A DNA stretch of 64,000 bases, taken from a virus. Lineage: Duplodnaviria > Heunggongvirae > Uroviricota > Caudoviricetes. The notes under the pieces are model-generated. The model was not told where the DNA came from, searched no databases, and saw only the letters and a list, made by a program, of their open reading frames with translations. Position 1 is the first letter of the stretch. Every line of letters begins with the position of its first letter. A program made the position numbers and the translations under genes. The stretch is from IMG/VR virus record IMGVR_UViG_2571042690_000019; one strand, 5' to 3'. Shown here piece by piece: positions 37,697 through 45,500 of the stretch.

Positions 37697-37728
37697 GTAT
37701 TAGAAAATTAATACTAAATATCTAATGC
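37697..37728. promoter_or_regulatory. weak C1-operator-like pair
   Basis: tgtattagaaaattaatactaaatatctaatgc, with ATTAGAAAA / ATCTAAT half-sites. Confidence 0.3.
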
Positions 37729-38120
37729 TACCAGCGAGACAAACGAACAACATGTTTCACTTTTGCGATCCACTGTCCGCGATAACTATTGATTACGGCC
37801 TGTGCCAGCTTCAAATTGGCTTCAAAATCAGCCTTACTACCATCAGACTCCACCAGCATTCCTCCATCTATTTCTGGTAAACATAGATAATCCTGCTCAA
37901 CCTGCAGCGGCATTGATGGCTCTCTGAATGGGGTTACTTGCTCTGCTTTCCAGCGAAATCTAACCCTTATCCCCCTGGTGGTCATTACTAGATAGCCTGT
38001 TATAGTGCTTTTATGGCCCACATCAGTACGCGTGGCATTGCATGACACGATCTTACAGTTAGCGATAGACCACTCCATATTGGTGGCCTGTTGAGTGCTT
38101 AATTTGGTAGTCCCGTACAT
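37728..38120 (-). CDS. hypothetical protein
   Basis: 130-aa ORF; start abuts upstream stop. Confidence 0.4.
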   Translation of the reverse strand: MYGTTKLSTQQATNMEWSIANCKIVSCNATRTDVGHKSTITGYLVMTTRGIRVRFRWKAEQVTPFREPSMPLQVEQDYLCLPEIDGGMLVESDGSKADFEANLKLAQAVINSYRGQWIAKVKHVVRLSRW

Positions 38121-38695
38121 CAGAAAGCCTCCCAGTCAGTCGCGATAATATCCACACCAGTTGCAAACCAGTCTGTCTGCGCCTGTAAATCCCCATTCAT
38201 CATTACCAGGCGAGGCATCACCATCACATCGCACCCTTCCACAATATCGAATGCCTCTTCCGGCAAGAATTCGAAGAGCTTTTCTTTGCTGCCAATACTG
38301 CCACGGAACATCGATATATAGCTCCCTTTGGGCCATGATGTCCGCCGGGCATCAAGCCCTTTCATCATCCAGTAAAAAGCCGAGGAAAAAGGGATATTCT
38401 TTTTGCCAATGATTACATTATTCGCTTCTGTGTACTTCAGGAACTTAACTAACCTTACCATTGACTCGGATAACGCAACGTATGGCTCATGATTGATTGC
38501 TGACACGCTTACACCGTGCAATCCAACGCTTACCACTGTCATATCGCCGCTCTGTGCGGTTTCGATATTGACGCCTTTGCGAACTAATGAGGCGTAAAGT
38601 TCCTCTCGCTTTTGGGTCCAGCGTTCCCGCTTCCCTATGAAGTCACTCAAAATGAGATCTTCTTCTGCATATGCGTTATCGTTCGCCATTAACAT
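38120..38695 (-). CDS. hypothetical protein, possibly with DUF2829-like segment
   Basis: 191 aa; AFYWMMKGLDARRTSWPKGSYISM loosely resembles the motif in 30033..30473. Confidence 0.4.
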   Translation of the reverse strand: MLMANDNAYAEEDLILSDFIGKRERWTQKREELYASLVRKGVNIETAQSGDMTVVSVGLHGVSVSAINHEPYVALSESMVRLVKFLKYTEANNVIIGKKNIPFSSAFYWMMKGLDARRTSWPKGSYISMFRGSIGSKEKLFEFLPEEAFDIVEGCDVMVMPRLVMMNGDLQAQTDWFATGVDIIATDWEAF

Positions 38696-38916
38696 AACGT
38701 CTCCTTTTTACACGCGCGACCATCTCTCGGTTAAACCGATAGAGATGTCGAAACTTCGTATTAATTAAGGGTTACAGCCTGAGCGGCTATATGATGAATT
38801 GAAAGGAGTTGTGGCGGTGGTGCCTCCACCTGCCAGGTCAGCCACGCCCGGCGACGACACTTATCAGAACCTCAATGAATGAAAATGGCTTCGTCACGAG
38901 CGCATAGCCGCAATTA

Positions 38917-38965
38917 CCACAACGGAAACGGCGCTCGCGTTAATTAAACGCCTTTTCCTGTTGTG
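38917..38965. repeat. long-stem hairpin element (family copy 1)
   Basis: ccacaacggaaa...tttcctgttgtg arms enclosing a smaller hairpin; flank gcgcatagccgca also recurs at 40081. Confidence 0.4.
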
Positions 38966-39149
38966 CGCCGTACTCTTCCGGCTGTCACACCGAATCGCCA
39001 GGATGGTGAGTCCTCGGTCCGACGATATGAACGGGGCTTGCACATTCCGGCTACCTGGTTTGTTGCCTGAGCTAGGGGAAAAGGTAACCCCTTTAACGTC
39101 ACCAGACCGCTAACGACGCATGTGCCAGACGCCGTGTTACAACCAAATA

Positions 39150-39225
39150 TGGTGGCCCCTACCGGACTTGAACCGGTGACCGTGCGATTATGAGTCGCCA
39201 GCTCTAACCACTGAGCTAAGGGGCC
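39150..39225 (-). tRNA. tRNA with CAU anticodon (Ile2-lysidine type, or Met)
   Basis: Minus-strand GGCCCCTTAGCTCAGTGGTTAGAGCTGGCGACTCATAATCGC...GGTTCAAGTCCGGTAGGGGCCACCA; close to E. coli ileX from memory. Confidence 0.85.
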
Positions 39226-39236
39226 AATTAGTTTTT

Positions 39237-39350
39237 ATTTTCGACGCCTGAGATTCTTCGCTACTTGTTCTACTCCGTATACGATCACAAGCAGAAATAG
39301 CAAAGACCATCCAGGGTTCTTATCAATATACGTCCAAAAATCCATCATGA
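39237..39350 (-). CDS. tiny membrane peptide (about 37 aa)
   Basis: MMDFWTYIDKNPGWSLLFLLVIVYGVEQVAKNLRRRK; below ORF-track cutoff. Confidence 0.25.
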
Positions 39351-39509
39351 GTTCCTGAACGCAGCTTTAATAATCGGCAATAGCAATACCACAGCTACTG
39401 AAACCAGTGCCCCATCAGCCAACACCGACATCACTTTGCTGGTGAAATCCACCAGCACGGACAAAACGAGAAAACCAATGGCGCACGCAATACGCGCCTT
39501 GCCAATCAT
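39346..39509 (-). CDS. small membrane peptide (54 aa)
   Basis: MIGKARIACAIGFLVLSVLVDFTSKVMSVLADGALVSVAVVLLLPIIKAAFRNS; ATG overlaps the TerB-like stop. Confidence 0.3.
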
Positions 39510-39943
39510 TACAGATAATCTTCCACACGAAGGCCCAAACGACGGCCTACTTCTTCCAGTACTTTGTGTTCTGCTGGCTCGATTTCACCGTCCGCTTCTG
39601 CAATCGTCAGCATGTTAACGAATACTTCTTCCGCTTCTTTTGGATCATTTTTGATATCTTCAATTTCGCGAAGGATATTCATGCGACCAACACGGAAACC
39701 AGCTTCCAGTTGCTCAGTAAAACGGGTGATTGTTGCGGTAATTTCGTTGCCAAAATGACTTAAGCGAGGATTAGAGCGGACAAGCTGATCAAGTTTCGCT
39801 GTTTCTTCCTTTTCGATTTCACCATCTGCGGCAGACACCAACAAACAGCCACCGATAATGGCCTCCATCAGATCGCGATTCTCAACCCTTTTCAGCTCTA
39901 CTTTTGCTGAAGCGACTTTCTTACCGAAAAATTTACCGAACAT
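39509..39943 (-). CDS. TerB-like tellurite-resistance-family protein (TciA-like)
   Basis: 144 aa with the paired-helix acidic pattern of TerB (LLVSAADGEIEKEE...LTIAEADGEIEPAE). Confidence 0.55.
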   Translation of the reverse strand: MFGKFFGKKVASAKVELKRVENRDLMEAIIGGCLLVSAADGEIEKEETAKLDQLVRSNPRLSHFGNEITATITRFTEQLEAGFRVGRMNILREIEDIKNDPKEAEEVFVNMLTIAEADGEIEPAEHKVLEEVGRRLGLRVEDYL

Positions 39944-40098
39944 TGGTTATCCCTCAATAAACATGACGTATTTATTAGGTTGCGGTGCCTGGTGCCTCCA
40001 GGTGACGTTAACCAGTTAACAATTAACGCCGGGATGTTTGACTTAACCACTAAGGAGGATTGTTTTAACTGTTCCGCGTGCGCATAGCCGCATTCACC

Positions 40099-40208
40099 GC
40101 AATGGTAAGAGCACTTGGCTGGCTGGGCGGCGATGACGCCTGTACGCATTTGGTGATCCGGTTCTGCTTCCGGCATTCGCTTAATTAGCCAAATACTCTT
40201 AACGTTGC
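40099..40208. repeat. long-stem hairpin element (family copy 2)
   Basis: Arms gcaatggtaagagcacttgg / ccaaatactcttaacgttgc, about 20 bp with a few mismatches, about 70-nt interior. Confidence 0.4.
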
Positions 40209-40210
40209 AC

Positions 40211-40297
40211 TGGCGGAGAGTAATGGAATCGAACCATCATCGCTTGCGCAATGGGACGGTTTTCAAGACCGTTTGAGCACCATGCTCCCTACTCTCC
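40211..40297 (-). tRNA. non-canonical class-II tRNA-like gene, anticodon UGA (Ser-like)
   Basis: 7-bp acceptor GGAGAGT/ACTCTCC, discriminator G, CCA; anticodon arm ACGGT-CTTGAAA-ACCGT; long variable arm with GCAA tetraloop; T arm TTCGATT; D arm unusually short. Confidence 0.35.
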
Positions 40298-40399
40298 AGT
40301 GATTGTGATGGTCGGTGCTGAACTCCGACACAGGGTTGTAGCAAGCCCCGCAAAGCGCGCACTACTGTAGTTGCGGCACATCAGCCTGTGCATTCACCA

Positions 40400-40488
40400 C
40401 AATGTTGAGAACACTGGTTGTCACGCTGCAACGCAACATTTATTCGTAGATTGGGATATGACCCCGTTACGCCAGTGTTCTCAACGTT
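40400..40488. repeat. long-stem hairpin element (family copy 3)
   Basis: Arms caatgttgagaacactgg / ccagtgttctcaacgtt, 17 bp; interior about 54 nt. Confidence 0.4.
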
Positions 40489-40630
40489 ATAGTGCCGGTT
40501 ACGGTTCCGGCCAGGCCTCTTCCTCAACGGGGTGTTCTCCATACGGACTACCGTTTATTGGTCGTTCCTGCGGTTTATGTTGTGAAGCCAGATGCTTATC
40601 TTCTGGTTGCTTCAAAGAGCTGCACTTCAT

Positions 40631-40698
40631 CACAACGGTAAGAGCACTCGATGCATTTAAGCCAAGCCCCATAAGGGAGAATGCCCTTACCTGTTGTG
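40631..40698. repeat. long-stem hairpin element (family copy 4)
   Basis: Arms cacaacggtaagagca / tgcccttacctgttgtg with a one-base bulge. Confidence 0.4.
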
Positions 40699-40826
40699 TT
40701 GTGATGACCGGTGCTGATCTCCGGCTTGCGGTTATTTCAGACTCTCACGGGCGTTTAATTGCCCCGCCGAACAGCTCTTTTCCGCAATAGCTGCAATGTC
40801 TTTCGCGCATCAGCCTGCGCATTCAT

Positions 40827-40913
40827 CACAACGGTAAGGGTACTTCGTAGGGATTCGAACCCTCTGCCAAGCTCGGCGATCTCCGACGTCGCAAAATACC
40901 CTTACCTGTTGTG
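40827..40913. repeat. long-stem hairpin / tRNA-like remnant (family copy 5)
   Basis: Arms cacaacggtaagggta / tacccttacctgttgtg; interior has a T-arm-like gggattcgaaccc and a D-arm-like hairpin but no anticodon arm; abuts tRNA-Thr. Confidence 0.4.
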
Positions 40914-40914
40914 C

Positions 40915-40990
40915 TGGTGCCGATTAACGGACTCGAACCGCTGACATCCTGCTTACAAGGCAGGCGCTCTACCAACTGAGCTAAACCGGC
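40915..40990 (-). tRNA. tRNA-Thr (anticodon UGU)
   Basis: Minus-strand GCCGGTTTAGCTCAGTTGGTAGAGCGCCTGCCTTGTAAGCAGG...GGTTCGAGTCCGTTAATCGGCACCA. Confidence 0.9.
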
Positions 40991-40992
40991 AT

Positions 40993-41068
40993 TGGCGATG
41001 GTGGATGGATTTGAACCATCGACCCGTTGATTAACAGTCAACCGCTCTAACCGCTGAGCTACACCATC
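40993..41068 (-). tRNA. tRNA-Asn (anticodon GUU)
   Basis: Minus-strand GATGGTGTAGCTCAGCGGTTAGAGCGGTTGACTGTTAATCAAC...GGTTCAAATCCATCCACCATCGCCA. Confidence 0.9.
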
Positions 41069-41267
41069 ACTTGCCGGGTACGTCTCCGGCGAGGGCTTCC
41101 ACCTCCGTATGCTTTTCGGCGCACCGCGCCCTGGGTGCAATTCGGTAACAGGGGATGCACAACCCTGGCTTCCAGCGTGATTAGCGCCTTCAGCATGACG
41201 GGATATACCCGTAGTAGGATGTTATCCCAGAAAGCCATTAACCAATGGCTGTTACGCGGGAGGGACG

Positions 41268-41344
41268 TAACAGGTAAGGGCGCTGACCAGAAAGACCTGA
41301 CCCTTCTCATTCATCTGGTTAATCACACCAGCGCCCTTGCCTGT
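41268..41344. repeat. long-stem hairpin element (family copy 6)
   Basis: Arms aacaggtaagggcgctg / cagcgcccttgcctgtt, 17 bp with one mismatch. Confidence 0.4.
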
Positions 41345-41524
41345 TATGCCTCCCCGTTCCCTAATACACAGACGGGGACACTCTGCGGTCGATTTTTTGA
41401 CGGGGGACGACTCATACCCCGTGGCGTCAGGCTTCTTAGGCCGCTACCATCATCAGATCATCGTTTGCATTTACTTTAATGGTCGGGTTCTAAACCGCCG
41501 CAAAGTCGCTAACCATGACGAAAA

Positions 41525-41552
41525 CCCTAAAAAAGCCCACCCGAAGATGGGC
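41525..41552 (-). terminator. rho-independent terminator (minus strand)
   Basis: Minus-strand RNA gcccatcttcgggtgggc followed by U6. Confidence 0.4.
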
Positions 41553-41571
41553 AAATACGCTACATCTCACA

Positions 41572-41650
41572 CAAGAAAGAAGCCGACTGCCTGAGCTGGA
41601 TTCACTTTCAAATGCCCGCTGAAAGGGATCACAAGTCGGCTTCTTTCTTG
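41572..41650. other. perfect 17-bp-stem hairpin in non-coding region
   Basis: caagaaagaagccgact ... agtcggcttctttcttg with a 45-nt loop. Confidence 0.5.
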
Positions 41651-42132
41651 ATGCGGCACTCTCTCCGCCCGTCACCGCTCTGTCTCGGTTGTCGCGTTTG
41701 CCACGCCAGCCGTAACGAGGTTTAAAGTCTTTGCACGTTTCCATCACTCGACTGCCGTCTGTGGCTGTTCGTTGCAGCGGGGGTGCCTCCCCCTGGGGAT
41801 ATCCCCGGCCTTACCCCATTCTTTCAAGACACAATGCAAGGCCACATCCGCATAGGTGCATTACCGCAACATTAAGGAGACTCAGGGCAAAAGGTAACCG
41901 CCACAAAAATCCCTATGCCTCCTTAATGTTGAAGATGTGCATTGATGATTAGATGCAGCATGTACCGTTACTCTCTGCCGGACCATCATCAATGAACACC
42001 TTAAAAAGACCTTCCGTGGCTCAACATGTATTGTCGTTTACTCCGCAAAGTGCTCTCTCTGAAACCACTTTCCGCACTAAACCTGTTGAACTTTGGTCTG
42101 CTCGGTGCCAAAGCGTGCTCTTGGTTTACTAT

Positions 42133-42153
42133 ACTTTTCTAACACTTTAATTT
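42133..42153. promoter_or_regulatory. C1-operator-like site
   Basis: acttttctaacactttaattt. Confidence 0.4.
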
Positions 42154-42288
42154 GTTAATTGCTGGTGGGCATACAATAACCAATAAGTGACTATCAAGCC
42201 CAGCAAGCGAAACGTGGGTACCGCCCACCAGCAAGGAAAATTCTATGTTAAGTCATCTTCACAATCAATACATTCAAATTGTGATTTT

Positions 42289-42308
42289 AGATTTCTAACA
42301 CATTATTT
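42289..42308. promoter_or_regulatory. C1-operator-like site
   Basis: agatttctaacacattattt. Confidence 0.4.
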
Positions 42309-43511
42309 CCCGTAAAGATCTTCTACACCCCCATTCTTCTTATCCCATTCGTTCGCCCATACCCGGCAAGCGTCAATGATTTCCTGACGACGATCTCCTT
42401 GCATGAACGGAATGCTTTCATGGAAACAGCTTGGAATGCAGGCCACACTGAATACAGTATCAAACTCCGTCTGCTTGATTGCCTCCAGCGTCTCCGGACG
42501 CATTTTTAATTCATCGATTGGCGCATCCTTAGAGTCCATAATCCGGCGATATAAGCGCGGAAAATCCGTCTCCAGGTACGCCATAATTTTATCTGCGAGA
42601 CATTCGTCTATGTCGGTATTCCAGTCCTTTTCGAAGCCCGGCAGGCGATAGTAAAGCGGCGTTCCCCATACCGATGGGATCACATCCATCGTTAACAGGC
42701 GATTAGTTCTGATTTGTTGATGGTAATTAGCCGTCAGCAGTGCTTCGCCACGCTGCCCAGTTTCCGCAACCAGGCTGTGCGGATACTCATGGATGTAGGC
42801 AATGGCATCCCTTCCATCATACATAAGTGGAAATGTCTCTGGTCTTTGTCCCATGCCACAAGCACGGTTCAGATCGTGACCAAGCTGTGAACACTCTCGC
42901 TTTAATGTTTCGATAATGCTCTGCGCTGTAGCCAACTTTTTACGCAGTGTGACGCCTTCGCCTTGATAATCAATGCATTGCTGATTGAGCTTGGTTAAAC
43001 GCTCTTTTAGTTCCCGGCGCTCTCTTTTCAGCGTGCGGTTATCCTTCTCCGCAACATCCAGCCGCTTTGTCAGGCTTGGCGGATAGTCTTTTTTGTAACG
43101 GTTCAAATCGGCTTCGGCAGATTTACGCAGTGTATTTGCCTGTTCAAGACGCGCTTCCAGATTGCCGATCTCATTACGCATATTCGCGGCAAATTGATTA
43201 ACTGCATCGCCCAGGCTTTCAACTGTCGCTGATACGCCTGTGACTTGTGAAAAACGGATCAAGCCATCATTAACGGCTTGTTGGTATTCCTCAAACTGAT
43301 CCACCAGCTTATTGTAATCAACTGCCCCATCATCAAGCAGCTTGTTGATTTCCGCCACTAGGTTATCTGTAGTGGCAATGACACTCTCGTGCAGTCGCTT
43401 TGACAGGTCATCACCCGGATTCCGTTTCTGTATAAGAGCGATTTGTGTGCGCAGCGTTTCAATTGCTGTCGAGATAATTTCCAGATTAGAAGTATCAGTG
43501 TGTTGACTCAT
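42303..43511 (-). CDS. hypothetical operator-controlled protein with N-terminal coiled coil
   Basis: 402-aa ORF flanked by operator-like sites; N-terminal 200 aa predicted coiled coil. Confidence 0.5.
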   Translation of the reverse strand: MSQHTDTSNLEIISTAIETLRTQIALIQKRNPGDDLSKRLHESVIATTDNLVAEINKLLDDGAVDYNKLVDQFEEYQQAVNDGLIRFSQVTGVSATVESLGDAVNQFAANMRNEIGNLEARLEQANTLRKSAEADLNRYKKDYPPSLTKRLDVAEKDNRTLKRERRELKERLTKLNQQCIDYQGEGVTLRKKLATAQSIIETLKRECSQLGHDLNRACGMGQRPETFPLMYDGRDAIAYIHEYPHSLVAETGQRGEALLTANYHQQIRTNRLLTMDVIPSVWGTPLYYRLPGFEKDWNTDIDECLADKIMAYLETDFPRLYRRIMDSKDAPIDELKMRPETLEAIKQTEFDTVFSVACIPSCFHESIPFMQGDRRQEIIDACRVWANEWDKKNGGVEDLYGK

Positions 43512-43525
43512 TGCTATTCCCGTTA

Positions 43526-43549
43526 CTTTGTTAAATTATTTTTCTAACA
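43526..43549. promoter_or_regulatory. C1-operator-like site in promoter of 42303..43511
   Basis: attatttttctaacatatattatt, 15-35 bp upstream of the start codon. Confidence 0.45.
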
Positions 43550-43624
43550 TATATTATTAGTTTGATGACAGTATCGAAAGATGCAATAAACAAAAAACCC
43601 GCTAATTGGCGGGTTTTTATGCAA

Positions 43625-43939
43625 TTACTGTGTTGCAGCCTGATAAATAAGATACGCGATAAATACAGGTACGATGGCCAATTGCAGCAATGAAAGTAGC
43701 CTCATTACTGTTATTGGGGTAACTCCATCCACGTATTGTTTCTCTGACATTTTCCCGAACCAACTAACCGACAACAGTGCCGAGTTTTCCCCCAATTCCA
43801 GCTCTCTGAGAGCTTCACGGATTAACGGCGCTGTCACAGCCTTAACCGGTGTGCTCAACGTGATACTCCGCGTCCTCCCCGCATCGTCAGCGAACGCCAG
43901 ACTCACATAATATTTTTTGCTCAATGTACAAACTCCCAA
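43625..43939 (-). CDS. small membrane protein
   Basis: 104 aa with C-terminal hydrophobic helix. Confidence 0.35.
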   Translation of the reverse strand: MGVCTLSKKYYVSLAFADDAGRTRSITLSTPVKAVTAPLIREALRELELGENSALLSVSWFGKMSEKQYVDGVTPITVMRLLSLLQLAIVPVFIAYLIYQAATQ

Positions 43940-44121
43940 TCATCAGCGCTTGCACTTTCCGGGGTTATGTGAACCTTATCGCCAGTAACAATATTGCGAG
44001 CTTCAAAACTTCCATTGATACGTTTCGAGATCTCAATACATAGAGCCTGCTGCCATGAGCGACGACGAGCGATAGCATTAGTTCCTGCAGGGATAAGTTC
44101 TGCCACGTTAAGTAACCGCAA
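43921..44121 (-). CDS. hypothetical small protein
   Basis: 66-aa ORF coupled to the downstream gene. Confidence 0.3.
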   Translation of the reverse strand: MRLLNVAELIPAGTNAIARRRSWQQALCIEISKRINGSFEARNIVTGDKVHITPESASADDWEFVH

Positions 44122-44135
44122 AACGATTTCTCCGT

Positions 44136-44630
44136 TTAATCAAGACAAACATACTCCGTGATAGCTTTTATGGCTTCAGCGGCACTGCGCGCCTCAAAGC
44201 AGTAGTAACCGGCTTCTGTGAGGCGAGTCATCCAGACGAGTTGTTCGGGAGTCAGGCGATTTCTCCCATGTTTCATCTCAATGCGCATTCCGTGGTATCC
44301 CCCACAAGCAAGGTCTATAGAAAGATCGGGATATCCCTTCTTTTGGCCCTCTGCCACCATTTTTATTGCCGTCCTTATGCCTCGCAGGCCACCGTTTGGA
44401 GTGGCGTGAGTATGCTCATACACATAACGCATATTGCGATACATCCAGTCCAGGACGCGAACCTGCTCGTAATGCTCATGGTTCCTTTTGATTAGATCTG
44501 GGTTTTTCTCCAGTTCTCTAAGAGCTGCGGCATGTGGGGATGTTTCAGAATATTCACTGCGACGCCTTCTCTTTCGCGCTATTTTTCTAACACACCCATT
44601 GATAGTAAATATGCGAAATAATAACAACAA
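44136..44630 (-). CDS. VRR-NUC-like nuclease domain protein
   Basis: C-terminal GYPDLSIDLACGGYHGMRIEMKHGRNRLTPEQLVWMTRLTEAGYY resembles VRR-NUC; an operator-like site lies inside the annotated N-terminus, so the true start may be a downstream Met. Confidence 0.45.
   Translation of the reverse strand: MLLLFRIFTINGCVRKIARKRRRRSEYSETSPHAAALRELEKNPDLIKRNHEHYEQVRVLDWMYRNMRYVYEHTHATPNGGLRGIRTAIKMVAEGQKKGYPDLSIDLACGGYHGMRIEMKHGRNRLTPEQLVWMTRLTEAGYYCFEARSAAEAIKAITEYVCLD
44581..44598. promoter_or_regulatory. C1-operator-like site
   Basis: atttttctaacacaccca. Confidence 0.4.
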
Positions 44631-44766
44631 CGTTAGATTTGTAAAACAAGAGAGATACTACTCAAGGATGGTCTATATGCAACAGGTCGGATTTGCTTTT
44701 AGAGTAAAGAGTGACCTTAATCAACAAGGAGGGTAAATCGCATGGCATTTACCCAACCTGTTATTT

Positions 44767-45027
44767 TTAAAGGGTTATTTTATCCTGTTCGGATAATTCT
44801 TTGATTGTCTTGTCGATTGCGATCAACCAACCTTCATAGGTTAAATCATCAACAAGTTCTACCAACTTATCATCGGTGTGAGGAAAGTATATCCAGCTCC
44901 AGTTCGCAGGGTTTTCTGCTTTTCGCAGCGTAAAAACCTTCTTGTATCGGTGGAACTCAAGGATATACCCCTTCGATATGGAATATTCCTTTAGGTCTTC
45001 GACCGTAAACCTACGATTCTTTCGCAT
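44767..45027 (-). CDS. hypothetical small protein
   Basis: 86-aa ORF. Confidence 0.4.
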   Translation of the reverse strand: MRKNRRFTVEDLKEYSISKGYILEFHRYKKVFTLRKAENPANWSWIYFPHTDDKLVELVDDLTYEGWLIAIDKTIKELSEQDKITL

Positions 45028-45029
45028 GG

Positions 45030-45464
45030 CTACCCCATAATTCGATATTTCTCTATAGACTCGTCGTAACTTGTGTACACGTATGGCTCTGTATCATCGG
45101 CATAAGGTGCGACTTCCAGAGCATGAACAGGATTGTTTACCGCGTCATTTTCCAGGCGATCGCTCGAATACAGATGCCCAGCCAAAACCGTAAGCGCCGG
45201 GCGACTCATTTTGTAGATCTCTGCCACATCACTATCTACAACTTGTCCAAATGATATGTCGCCGCGCTCCAGCAATAACGTTTTAAGCGCAGGCCACCAC
45301 GGCCCATAAAGGTGATAAAGCTGTGGATCTCGTTTCAGCCTTTCCACCATGCCATTCAGATATGCATCCAGAAACGCCTCTTCACTCCTGCCATTGAGCG
45401 CCTGCGGCAAAATGTCCTCAAGGTAGGATTCCGTCGGTTTTACAGTGTCAATTAATGTCGTCAT
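45030..45464 (-). CDS. hypothetical protein
   Basis: 144-aa ORF directly downstream of the giant gene. Confidence 0.4.
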   Translation of the reverse strand: MTTLIDTVKPTESYLEDILPQALNGRSEEAFLDAYLNGMVERLKRDPQLYHLYGPWWPALKTLLLERGDISFGQVVDSDVAEIYKMSRPALTVLAGHLYSSDRLENDAVNNPVHALEVAPYADDTEPYVYTSYDESIEKYRIMG

Positions 45465-45500
45465 TCAAATTCGGCCCCAGTTGGGGCCGCTCCTTATCTG

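Noticed and set aside
40371-40944. ORFs of 139 and 61 aa over the tRNA / hairpin region
   Set aside because: They overlap bona fide tRNA genes and the hairpin repeats, and the translations are Cys/Arg-rich low-complexity; the region is more plausibly RNA-encoding.
38900-41350. Possibility that the hairpin repeats are a CRISPR array
   Set aside because: Repeat units are not identical, spacing is irregular, units are long imperfect inverted repeats rather than short direct repeats with unique spacers, and no cas genes are present.
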